The notes under the pieces are model-generated. The model saw nothing but the letters and a program-made list of their open reading frames with translations, was not told the origin of the DNA and ran no database searches. This document shows positions 20,404-30,639 of a DNA stretch of 64,000 nucleotides, in pieces. The first letter of the stretch is position 1; every line of letters begins with the position of its first letter. Location of the stretch: positions 128,001-192,000 of the forward strand of contig CAXXOU010000004.1 of the NCBI GenBank assembly GCA_963677495.2, given 5' to 3'. Source of the DNA: Candidatus Cloacimonadales bacterium. Its GTDB lineage: Bacteria > Cloacimonadota > Cloacimonadia > Cloacimonadales > JAFGVF01. The position numbers and the translations under genes are program-made.

Positions 20404-22290
20404 TTATCTTCTAATAGCGATTAACTCGTAAATTTTAACCGGTATGTTCTTCCCTTTAACTTTAATCTCGTCTAAGTAATCAACAACAACTTGGTCTTTG
20501 ACCATCTCTAATGTGTGTTCACTAATAATTATCTTCTTCTTTGTATTATACTCTTTGTTAATTGCTTCGAGTCTGGCTCCAAGGTTTATATTATCTCCAA
20601 TAGCTGTATAATCGAAGATCTGTTCAGAACCTAGATTACCAACCACAGCTTTACCTGAGTTAACACCAATACCAATCTCAAAGATATCTCTACCTTGAGC
20701 TTTCCATTCACGATGCAATCGATCAAGAACATCTCGCATCTCAAGAGCAGTTTTACAAGCATTTAGAGCATGTTCTTCATCTTTGAGAGGAGTTCCGTAT
20801 AGAGCCATTATCTCATCACCAACAAACTTGTCGACAATACCTTTGTTTTTCTTTATCACTTCAACCATTGCTGTTAAATACTCACTGAGAATAGCAACTG
20901 TTGTTTCCGGTGTATGAGATTCGCTGTAAGTTGTGAAAGAACGAATATCAGAGAATAGTACTGATATTACTTGCTCAGAACCACCGTAAGTGAGCGACTT
21001 AGGGTTCTTAATCAGCTCATTAACAACTTCCGGAGCCATGTAACGCTGGAAGGCATTCTTAATGAACCTCTTCTCTTTAGCTGTAGAGATAAATGTAAAG
21101 ATAAGATTAAACACATAGCTAAGCAAGCAATAGAAGATGAATATTACAATCTGCCAAATCTCATTAGCATTGATAAATCTATGTATTCCCCAAATAATCA
21201 TACCGATAATAACTACAACAGTAATAATGATAGAGTACTGTGGTTTAATAAGTCTATTAACAATCTGCAATATAATAGCAATTATAATTAAAAGTGTAAC
21301 TATTGAGCCAAAGCTAACTTTGGATAGATACCGACCATCCTTTACCATTTGCAGGAAGTTGGCATGAATCTCTACTCCGGGTAGAGTCACCTTCTTATAA
21401 TTAAAAGGCGTATTAAAACTATCATGAAGCTCTGCAGTTGAGACACCTACAAAGACAGTTTTGTCCTTCAGCACTCCTTCTGATAAAAACTGGTTGAATT
21501 CATTAATCTGAAAGTCTTCTGTCTCAAACCCGGGCAATAGGAAGTTCTCATCATCAAGAATGGAAGAGAATGAGTAATATTTAAAAGTACCTTCAGCTCC
21601 ATAATAATTGATTGGAATACGTCTAGATTTATTATAAGGTATTTTGTAATTGTTTACATGCATGAAATCATCATTAACGCTTACATTATCTTGCCATTTC
21701 TCATTACTTTCCTCGCTAGCAAGTGCAACAATACCTAATGAATATACGCTTAAATCACCCTCTTTATCCAATAACGGGTAGTTTCTGATAAAACCATCAA
21801 CATCCGCACTCATGTTAACCATACCCCAAGGGGAGTTTGTGTGGAAGATTTGAGCAATAGGTGGGAGTAAACGAAAGACGCTTGTCGCTTTCTTTTCTCT
21901 GATAACTTTACCGGCCCAGACAATGTTGTCATACTTAGCGGCTACAGCACCAAGCATATTGTCAGCATTGAAGTTGCTACTTTCAGTAAACTCAATATCG
22001 AATATTATCTGCTTAACACCAGCCCGTTCAAGATTGTCAACCATTCTGGCATAATACCCTCGTGGGAATGGCCATTGAGTATCAAGCATGCTAAATGTCT
22101 CATCATCTACAGAGACGATTACAATATCATCAGTAGTTGGGTGCTCTTCCCGAAGTCTGAAAAGGTAGTCCCAAGTCCAAAGGTTTATCTTGTGAAATGG
22201 GGGAGTCAGACTAAAAATAAGAGTGACTGCCAGTAGTATAGCTACGGCAGTCACTTGTGTCCCTATGGACTTAATGCTTTGGAGTTTCAT
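20404..22290 (-). CDS. CHASE2-domain class III adenylate cyclase
   Basis: CHASE2 motifs DIVIVSVDD, QWPFPR, FDIEF, DGFIR, PGVEIHAN, then 3 TM. Catalytic FSDIRSFT, DKFVGD and YTAIGDNINLGARLE. Confidence 0.95.
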   Translation of the reverse strand: MKLQSIKSIGTQVTAVAILLAVTLIFSLTPPFHKINLWTWDYLFRLREEHPTTDDIVIVSVDDETFSMLDTQWPFPRGYYARMVDNLERAGVKQIIFDIEFTESSNFNADNMLGAVAAKYDNIVWAGKVIREKKATSVFRLLPPIAQIFHTNSPWGMVNMSADVDGFIRNYPLLDKEGDLSVYSLGIVALASEESNEKWQDNVSVNDDFMHVNNYKIPYNKSRRIPINYYGAEGTFKYYSFSSILDDENFLLPGFETEDFQINEFNQFLSEGVLKDKTVFVGVSTAELHDSFNTPFNYKKVTLPGVEIHANFLQMVKDGRYLSKVSFGSIVTLLIIIAIILQIVNRLIKPQYSIIITVVVIIGMIIWGIHRFINANEIWQIVIFIFYCLLSYVFNLIFTFISTAKEKRFIKNAFQRYMAPEVVNELIKNPKSLTYGGSEQVISVLFSDIRSFTTYSESHTPETTVAILSEYLTAMVEVIKKNKGIVDKFVGDEIMALYGTPLKDEEHALNACKTALEMRDVLDRLHREWKAQGRDIFEIGIGVNSGKAVVGNLGSEQIFDYTAIGDNINLGARLEAINKEYNTKKKIIISEHTLEMVKDQVVVDYLDEIKVKGKNIPVKIYELIAIRR

Positions 22291-24678
22291 TTAGAACCTT
22301 TGTGAGATATAGAAATTCCAGTTAAATTCATTATAGTTAATATCTTCGATAGTGTCATTAGTGTAGTTCTTCAATCTTAAGTTAGTAGCAATCTTAGTTT
22401 TAGCCCAAGGTTTGTACTTAGCACCAATATTGAAGTAGTTGAAAGATTGCTCTTCGTCACCTGATAGCATTACGAATTTGAGATCAGTATAAGGAACAAG
22501 TTTGTTATCAAAGAAACCATATTCACTCCTGATACCGATTGAATTGCTACCTGTGTCTGTTGTCTCATCAAGAACAATGCTTTCTGAGTTTGACCAACCG
22601 TAATATAACTTTGTAGTTAATGGGAAAGTAGCAAACTTGTTAAGCATGGTGAAGTTAACATTGTTGAGTGTTATCTCATAAACATCATCAAGCTCATCGG
22701 TGTTTTTGCTATTAGAATATGTTACGTTAAATCTGGTAGGAGCGAATGTTAACTGTTTCCAAAAATAATTAGCTCCGACACTCATGTTTACTGATTTCTG
22801 GTTGAACTGTTCCACTTCTGTTTCATCATCTTCACCTATATTAGATGAAGTATCAAAATTCAGATTAAGAGATGTTACATCATGATATTGGAACACAAGC
22901 TGTCCAAAGTATCTGTTGAATGTAGTTGTTGTAGCTTTCTGTTCAGAAAGATTATCCTGATTCTTATTGTATCCACCGTAAAGATGCACCATGTTCTTTA
23001 TGTTTATCTTATCACTGATAGATAACTTCGATATATCATTCTGTAAGCCACTTGTAGAGAGAGATTTGAAACCTGATCCTATCTCTTCATATTCAACACT
23101 GATGTCGTTATGAAGAAGATAAGGATTCACAAAGGCTTTCAATGCGACACTGGACATACCGGGTTTATAAGGTTGTAAGTTTTCATTAATAATAATCAAA
23201 TCTTCGTAGTTCTCAGGGTCAATTTCAAAATCGAAAGCAAGAATATCAACGGAGTTGAAGTCAAATCTATCCTCCATCTCTTCTGAAGAGAAAGCTCCAT
23301 CAGTGATGTTACTGTTATAAAAGCTTATTGCAACTTCAGCACCCATACTTGATCTCTGTGAAGGTAGTGATAGTATGAAGTCAGAACCAAGAACTAAGTT
23401 GTCTTCAGGGAAAGCTGTCTGGGTTGTATCCGAGTCAGCATAGAACAAATAGTGCTCATCATCAAGGGAGTTTACATCGTCTCTTGTTTGTGAAAAATGT
23501 AATCCCCAAAGGAAGGCAGTATATTTGCTTCTGTCTGTTCCAAGCTCAAGACGTAATGCATGCATATCTCTTGCAAATGTACTATGCAGATTCTCATCAT
23601 CTTTGATTGCTCTTCTATTTTCACCTGTTGAGTACATGATTTTAATGAAGTGATAGTCAAGCTCAGCATGTACACCATAGATGTTACTATTGTTCATGTT
23701 ATAGCTTGAGTAGTTAGGAGTGTAATCACCCATAATAACTCTTAAGAATGGAATCTCCATATCAAACTTGATTCTATTGAATCTTTGAGTTGTTTCATTC
23801 TGCTTTGAATCACGATAAAAGTTTCCACGGAAGTCATACCAGAAACCTTTCTGATGGGCATTACTTGACCTAGAGTAAAGATTAAGATTAAAGGAAGCAT
23901 CATTATCTTTATTCGATAAGTTAGAATTATCATCTTTAGTTACTGAGAATATATTTGAGCGGAAGGTGGCATCACCATTAAGCTGGAATGGGAGCTCGAA
24001 AACCTTCTTGTCAGAGAATACTTTTGTTAAGTGCTTTCCGGTTAGTAGAAGGGTTCCATCTTTTAATCGAACTTGCATTTCACAAGAGTGCATTCCGGGT
24101 TTTACAGATGGGACTATTAACACCATCATGTTATCTGTAATTGTAGATCTGGATGTATAATCCTTACCATCAAAGAGAATCTTCATAGATTCTAAATCAA
24201 TATCATCTTGAACTGAGAAATAGGAAACAGAGAATACGAAATCCTCTTCTGCATCATGCTCTGTCTCAGGGCTTAGAATTAGCAATTCGCTACTTGATTT
24301 ATCGCACAAAATACCTACCGGATAAGGGTGTTGCTCAGGATTGAATCTAGGTAGAGATACTTTCACTTTATCCTTAGTCTCTGCTTCGAAATAGAATTCG
24401 AGACCTGTATCACAGTAAGCACTTAAAGGAAGCTCTGCGTTAAAGTCAGTTGCAGTACCTCCATCTTGATTTGCTTGAATCATTGTGAAACTTTCCTTAC
24501 CTACAGCTCTGTAGTAGAAGAATGCGTATTCAATATCCTCAATATTCTGCATCACAGAAACGCTAACCATGACATTACCATTATCTAAGTCAGTTATATA
24601 AGGTTCATCATAAAGAATAACCTCTGCAAACATCTGTAAAGTCATCAAAGTTAATACTAATACTAATAATTTCTTCAT
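22291..24678 (-). CDS. Large secreted protein, probable outer-membrane beta-barrel with N-terminal Ig-like domains
   Basis: Signal peptide, alternating amphipathic strands in the C-terminal two thirds, terminal YISQRF. Confidence 0.7.
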   Translation of the reverse strand: MKKLLVLVLTLMTLQMFAEVILYDEPYITDLDNGNVMVSVSVMQNIEDIEYAFFYYRAVGKESFTMIQANQDGGTATDFNAELPLSAYCDTGLEFYFEAETKDKVKVSLPRFNPEQHPYPVGILCDKSSSELLILSPETEHDAEEDFVFSVSYFSVQDDIDLESMKILFDGKDYTSRSTITDNMMVLIVPSVKPGMHSCEMQVRLKDGTLLLTGKHLTKVFSDKKVFELPFQLNGDATFRSNIFSVTKDDNSNLSNKDNDASFNLNLYSRSSNAHQKGFWYDFRGNFYRDSKQNETTQRFNRIKFDMEIPFLRVIMGDYTPNYSSYNMNNSNIYGVHAELDYHFIKIMYSTGENRRAIKDDENLHSTFARDMHALRLELGTDRSKYTAFLWGLHFSQTRDDVNSLDDEHYLFYADSDTTQTAFPEDNLVLGSDFILSLPSQRSSMGAEVAISFYNSNITDGAFSSEEMEDRFDFNSVDILAFDFEIDPENYEDLIIINENLQPYKPGMSSVALKAFVNPYLLHNDISVEYEEIGSGFKSLSTSGLQNDISKLSISDKINIKNMVHLYGGYNKNQDNLSEQKATTTTFNRYFGQLVFQYHDVTSLNLNFDTSSNIGEDDETEVEQFNQKSVNMSVGANYFWKQLTFAPTRFNVTYSNSKNTDELDDVYEITLNNVNFTMLNKFATFPLTTKLYYGWSNSESIVLDETTDTGSNSIGIRSEYGFFDNKLVPYTDLKFVMLSGDEEQSFNYFNIGAKYKPWAKTKIATNLRLKNYTNDTIEDINYNEFNWNFYISQRF

Positions 24679-24681
24679 GCT

Positions 24682-25362
24682 TTACTCCTTAGACTCAAGC
24701 TCAATGTACTTAATGTTACCATCTGCATCACGGAGAGGAATCTTAATCTTTTGCGTACCTGCAATGTCATCTTTGATGTATTCCATTATCTCATCATTAA
24801 GTTTTGGTGTTGGGCCAATATTGACTTCTCCATCTGAACGAGACTCTGCAGTTTTACCGGGTTCTAGATTGAAACTTTTTCCCGTGACTGTGTTTTCTAC
24901 TTCAAGTAAGCCTTCAAACATGTGAATCCAAGTTGTTCCTTCCGGGTCAACAATGGTTAAGAATGTTGTTCCCTTTACAGACGCAACTGTGTTACTTGTT
25001 TCGATTCTGTATTGGTCTTTCATATGACTGTTTATCTTTGAAAAGATTTGCCCTGCTTCCAGTTTAGCCTTTTTTGCCAAAACTTCACCATCTTTAGTAC
25101 CATTTATAGTAACGATACTCCATGGGAATACTTTCAGTAAAGAGCCATTGTCCGTATATTTAACAGCAGCAAAGGACTTTTGCCCTGTTGTGAGTTTATC
25201 ATTATTTATGAGCAATTCACCTTTTTTAGCTGCTTGCTCTTCCTCTTCATTTCTTTGCAGAGAAACTGTACCTTTTGCTTGGAACAATAATGCTATTGGG
25301 TTCTCGGCAAACAGGCAAGTAAGTGCTATTAATAGTACGACTGATAGTAATATCTTTTTCAT
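24682..25362 (-). CDS. Periplasmic FecR-domain protein
   Basis: Signal peptide; D.LTTG..S.A, L..GQIF and IETSNTVASVKGTTF...EG.LEV FecR-type motifs. Confidence 0.85.
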   Translation of the reverse strand: MKKILLSVVLLIALTCLFAENPIALLFQAKGTVSLQRNEEEEQAAKKGELLINNDKLTTGQKSFAAVKYTDNGSLLKVFPWSIVTINGTKDGEVLAKKAKLEAGQIFSKINSHMKDQYRIETSNTVASVKGTTFLTIVDPEGTTWIHMFEGLLEVENTVTGKSFNLEPGKTAESRSDGEVNIGPTPKLNDEIMEYIKDDIAGTQKIKIPLRDADGNIKYIELESKE

Positions 25363-25371
25363 GTTCACCTC

Positions 25372-26493
25372 CTACTCCTTAATCTCAACATTAACCGGCT
25401 TTGCAATGAATTCTGTAAGCTTCTTTATCGCATCTTCACCGGAAAGCCAGTTTTCTTCAGTCACAACTTGCTGAGTTGGTACCATTCCTTCGTCAAGAAG
25501 AGCGTTAATCTCAGGATTGTTTATTGATCTTAAAAGCTCAATTATCTTATCAGACAACTGATTAGTTTCGGAGGATGTGTCCTCTTCAAACCTAAAGACA
25601 TTGTAATCACTCTCAAGAGTAACTGCATCACCTGATGTTGAACTTTCAGTTATCATACCTGTACTTACTTTCCAGGCATAGTAATAACCGTCATTAAATG
25701 GAAGAAATTGCACATGGACATTTGACATTAAACCTTCAATCTCTGTGAAGAGTCTTCCTGAATAATCAAGCTCATGACCGACTAAATCATCTCTCAATTC
25801 ATACTCACGTATAGTGATCTTGAAATCATTAATCCCAGCAAGGTTTGTCTGCCAGCCAAACACTACAGTGTTATTGTTTAATATAGGGATGAAACCACCT
25901 AGTTTAGCTCCCGGTTGGTTCAAGAAGATAGAGTTAGAGTTAGTTACAATAAAGGTCATTGTATTAGAGCCTAACTCTGTATCCCCGATTTCATCATTCT
26001 CACCGGTTAGATCATAAGCAGTTAATGTAAATGTATAAGTACCATCAGGTAGTAGTCCTGTGTTCAATACTACATCTTCAAGCTCAGGTGCAACATCAAA
26101 CAGTGCATCAAGAGAGATACCGGAACCGGTTTGAGTGAAGTATTGAGTGTCCACACTTGAAAGTATATCTCTGTTGGTCACACTAATATTTCTCATATCC
26201 CAGACGAAGTCTCTAGTTATCAAATCATAATCAAGTAATGGAACACTTACTCTGTCCCAAAAAAACTTAACATTTAATCCAAAAGGCAGTTGGGTTTCAC
26301 CTGTTGCCGGAGTTGTAGTTATTGCCCAATCAAACACAGGTGGCTGTGCTAACGGTCTTTCCGGGTCTATCTGAGCCATATTGAATTGGTTGAACTCATT
26401 GACTCTTGGGCTTCCGCTAATCTGTACACTTTGCCCATATAAAAAGGCAAATGACATTGTTAAAACTATTAAACATATTAAAACTTTTTTCAT
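25372..26493 (-). CDS. Secreted hypothetical protein with Ig/FN3-like beta-sandwich motifs
   Basis: Signal peptide; LPDGTYTFTL, L.QPG, VFGWQ and YYYAWKV motifs. Confidence 0.75.
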   Translation of the reverse strand: MKKVLICLIVLTMSFAFLYGQSVQISGSPRVNEFNQFNMAQIDPERPLAQPPVFDWAITTTPATGETQLPFGLNVKFFWDRVSVPLLDYDLITRDFVWDMRNISVTNRDILSSVDTQYFTQTGSGISLDALFDVAPELEDVVLNTGLLPDGTYTFTLTAYDLTGENDEIGDTELGSNTMTFIVTNSNSIFLNQPGAKLGGFIPILNNNTVVFGWQTNLAGINDFKITIREYELRDDLVGHELDYSGRLFTEIEGLMSNVHVQFLPFNDGYYYAWKVSTGMITESSTSGDAVTLESDYNVFRFEEDTSSETNQLSDKIIELLRSINNPEINALLDEGMVPTQQVVTEENWLSGEDAIKKLTEFIAKPVNVEIKE

Positions 26494-27413
26494 TATTCCC
26501 CCTTCATTCCGAAGTCTATTATTGTTTTTAAAAGCTCTTTAAAGCATATCCCTGCAGCTTTAGCTGACATAGGGGTTAAACTCAGTTCTGTCATACCGGG
26601 AAGTGTATTAACCTCTAGCAGATAGAACTTGTCTCCATCATAACGGAAGTCGATTCTCGCGTAGCCTTTGCATTCACAACGCTTAAACAACTTAACTGCA
26701 TATGATTGGACTTTTGTAATCTCTTCAGCTTCCAGTTCTGCAGGAGCAATGTACTCTGTTTTACCGGAAGTGTATTTATTCTTATAATCATACCAACCCT
26801 GTTTTGGTTTAATCTCAACAACAGGTTTAGCTTCTCCTCCTATTATTGTTACAGTCAACTCCCTACCGGGAATAAACTGCTCTATTAAAACATTATCATC
26901 ATACTGAAAGGCATCTGTGATTGCATCATCTAAAGTATCTTTTGATTTTACTAAAGAAATACCAACAGATGAACCTGCATTGTTAGGTTTAACTATTAAT
27001 GGGAAACCAATCTTGTTAAGCCTATCTTCCTCGAATGCATCCCCTCTTTGTAAGTATATATCTTCCGCTATAGGAATATCACATTCCTTAGCAATGAGTT
27101 TAGTTATATATTTATCCATCGTTAATACACATGCTTTGGCAGGACTCCCGGTAAACTTAATTCCGGACATCTCAAGGATAGCCTGAATGCGTCCATCCTC
27201 ACCTGCTCCACCATGTAGCCCGTTAAAAACGATGTCAGGATTAATAACCTGAATTGCATCAATTAAATTGCTTATAAGCTGATAATCAGCCGGGTCTATG
27301 ACTGTAACATAATACCCGTCGGAGCTCAACTGCTCCGCGATATTCTTCGCTGATATCAGCGATATCTCTCGTTCAGGAGAATTACCTCCTGATAAAACCA
27401 CTATTCTGTGCAT
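26493..27413 (-). CDS. ddl: D-alanine--D-alanine ligase
   Basis: GGNSPEREISL.S, LHGGAGEDG, GSSVG, YDYKNKY, EVNTLPGMT. Confidence 0.96.
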   Translation of the reverse strand: MHRIVVLSGGNSPEREISLISAKNIAEQLSSDGYYVTVIDPADYQLISNLIDAIQVINPDIVFNGLHGGAGEDGRIQAILEMSGIKFTGSPAKACVLTMDKYITKLIAKECDIPIAEDIYLQRGDAFEEDRLNKIGFPLIVKPNNAGSSVGISLVKSKDTLDDAITDAFQYDDNVLIEQFIPGRELTVTIIGGEAKPVVEIKPKQGWYDYKNKYTSGKTEYIAPAELEAEEITKVQSYAVKLFKRCECKGYARIDFRYDGDKFYLLEVNTLPGMTELSLTPMSAKAAGICFKELLKTIIDFGMKGE

Positions 27414-27505
27414 ATAATACCTCTACTAAATGCTATGCAATATAGATGCAATGTCAAGCAAAATGTGATTTAGTTTGTTTTGAATAAGGTTGTCAGATTC
27501 AAAAT

Positions 27506-28870
27506 ATGGAGTGCACCAACTGAGTAGGTGCGTCTTGTCACGAAACTCTTAAAGGAGTTCTTCAGAACTCTTTCGAAGCATCAGTAACCTGTACCTTAGA
27601 AATGGTCCATAGACATTTCGAATGCACTACGAAGTAGTTGACTTAAGATTACAAGAGCACCATTTCGAAGGAGATAATTCTCTCATTAATCTGAAGCAGT
27701 CACCAGTACGACCAACGGGAGTTTGGGGAAATGCGTACTTCGACTCAAAACGATTTCTTGTCTCAACACCTGTACCTTTGGAATGGTTGAACTACCTTCG
27801 GACTTGCGTTGTAGCGATAGCGTGACGCGAGAACGAAACCTGCTTCGAATGACGGAATTAGCAAATCACACTATCGTTGCAATTCACTTCTTCCTACTTC
27901 ATCAAGAGCATCTTATTGCTTTTTTGTTCCTTATCAGTCTTCACAACTGAGAAATACACCCCTGTCGTCACAGCAACTCAGGAGAGTCGCAGTACAACGT
28001 AGTGCGAGTGTCCACACTTGCACATAGCTTGAAAAGCTATATTGTGGAAGCTTATCGTGTACTGAAATTAGTATTGACTGAAGAGATGTCAGCTGTAGAG
28101 AACATACTTGGACTGTAATATTCTAAATTACGGTCAGTGGAAGCTGACGACTCTGTCGTCACAGCAACTCAGGAGAGTCGCAGTACAATGTAGTGCGAGT
28201 GCCCTCAATTGCTCAAAACTCCTTCAGCTTGTTTTTAGCCTTGAAAAGGCGTCTGTTCAATAGCCACATGCTTTGGCATGTGGTAAATGTAATCTAAGAA
28301 GATGTAGCCCTAAAGGGGCGTAAGATTAACATCTTAGGTAATTCGACACCCCTTCAGGGCTAATCTTGGCCTTGAACTTTGACCCCAAGCGACAAGTCGC
28401 ATGGGGCTATGAAAATACCATCAGTAACCTATACCTTTGGAATGGTTGAAAACCTTGCAAATGGTGCAATTCGAAGGAAGAAACTCCCCACCGTTAAAAC
28501 GCTACCCCTCTACAAGAGGGGAATGTCCAAGAGCACCATTTCGAAGGTCTAAGGACCGTTCGAAAGGTAGAATATTGCCATATTTCGCTATGAGTCCAAC
28601 TCCCATTCCGTCGCTTTGACTCCAGCTAACAATTTCCCACTAACAATTTTCCAAAATTTGCCCTTCTGCATCCCTTCTGGTTCTGTGACTAAAAAAGGTG
28701 TTTCAAAGGTTAGCCACAGGTGACCCTCTCGTGACCCTCTCGTGGAAGGGCACGATTTATCCACATCATGTGGATAACTTGAATATTTATGGAAAACTTG
28801 TCGTAGGCACGGGAGTAGCAGGGGTGCAGTAGGCTCATTTCCGGCTCAATTGAGTCTCAATTGAGTTTAT
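27506..28870. repeat. Composite ~1.4-kb non-coding mosaic of dispersed repeat modules
   Basis: Contains modules found again at ~6280, 7800-8160, 36250-36560, 51060, 54230, 56650-57140 and 60460. Confidence 0.85.
28581..28855 (+). repeat. Dispersed repeat B, copy 1 (~275 bp, with inverted DnaA-box pair)
   Basis: Direct homologue at 56843-57137. Confidence 0.92.
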
Positions 28871-29035
28871 GTTGATAATTGTTAAGATTGGTGAGTGACT
28901 ATTAATCAAAAAAGAGGAGAATATAGCCAATTATCCTAGTCTGACAAAATCAATATATATCTATTAGAAATTAATACCTTTGACAGTATCAACTCCTGTA
29001 AAAACATGGCATAAAATAATTAAATAAGGAAAAAG

Positions 29036-30639
29036 ATGACAAAATTTACAGACATGGCATTGCCCGAACAGCTAATCAAAGCTGTTACTGATTTAAATTT
29101 TATAACTCCGACAGAGATTCAACAAAAGGCAATACCATGGCTTTTAGAGAATTCGACAGACTTGATAGCATTATCACAGACAGGTACAGGTAAGACTGCT
29201 GCCTTTGGTTTACCATTATTAACAAAAGTGAATCCTAAAAGCAAAACCGTACAGGGCTTGATTTTATGCCCTACAAGAGAGCTTTGTCAGCAGATTACAA
29301 AGGATCTTGAAAACTATAGTAAGTATTCAAAGAGATAAAGATTTGTGCTGTTTATGGTGGTGCATCTATTGTACGCCAGAAAGAACAACTCAAAAAGGGT
29401 GTTCATATTGTAGTTGGAACTCCCGGTCGTGTATTTGATATGCTCAGACAAAGAGCTCTTAAACTCGGAGGACTTGAGCAGCTGATTCTTGATGAAGCTG
29501 ATGAGATGTTGAATATGGGTTTCAAAGAGGAACTTTTCAATATCATGGAGTTCACACCGGATGAGAAACAGTCAGTTCTTTTCTCAGCTACTATGCCTAG
29601 AGAAGTGGTTAGACTTGCGAATGAATTTATGCAGGAAGCTCATGAGATTAAGGCTAGTCCGCAACAAAAAGCTGCTTCGAATATTAAGCATTACTACTAT
29701 AAAGTGCATGCGAAAGATAAATATAAAGCTTTAAAGCGTATTGCTGATATCAATCCTAACATCTATGGAATCGTTTTCTGTAAAACCAGAAAAGAGACAC
29801 AGGAGATTGCGGATAAACTTCAACATGATGGATATAACGCTGATGCGATCCACGGTGATCTTTCTCAGATGCAACGTGAATATGTGATGGGCAAGTTCCA
29901 TAGTCGTCATATTCAATTGTTAGTTGCTACTGACGTGGCTGCCAGAGGTATCGATGTGGATGACCTTACTCATATCATTAACTACCATCCACCACAGGAT
30001 CCGGACATCTATATCCATAGATCAGGTAGAACCGGCAGAGCAGGAAAAAGTGGTGTATCTTTGACTATTATTCATAGTCGTGAGATGGGACAGCTCAAAC
30101 AGATGCAACGCAGACTCGGTAAAACGATTGAATGGATTCACGTTCCAACCGGTAAAGAAGTTTGTGAAAAGCAGTTGTTTGCACTTGTGGATAAAGTTCA
30201 GAATATTGAAGTGAATGAAGAGCAGATTGAACCGTTTATCGAAGCAGTATATAAGAAGCTTGGTTGGTTAGAAAGAGAAGAACTTATCAAGAGATTCATC
30301 TCTGTTGAGTTTAATCGCTTCTTAGCATATTACAAAGATGCTAAAGATATCGACTTTGATGTTACTCCTCGTTTTGAAAGAAACAGAGATGGAGTTGAAT
30401 TCCAGACATTCCAGCTCAATATCGGTACAGTTGATGGTCTTACAAAGAAGAATTTCTTAGGTTTTATAAACAGAATGAAGATAACCAACTCTATCGAAGT
30501 TGGACAGATAGATATTTATAATAAGAAGACGATAGTTGAACTTGATGCTAACTTTGAAGCAAAGATCTTGAAAGTACTCAATAAACGCCAGTTCAATAGA
30601 CGTCCAATTAGGGTGAAGGTACTCAAAGGGAGACGATGA
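29036..30639 (+). pseudogene. deaD: DEAD-box RNA helicase (DeaD/CsdA-like, C-terminal DbpA-type RBD), split by a -1 frameshift near 29330
   Basis: Q motif and SQTGTGKT in 29036-29338. YGG, GTPGR, DEAD, SAT, ARGID and HRSGRTGR continue in the -1 frame. The split may be an assembly error. Confidence 0.8.
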
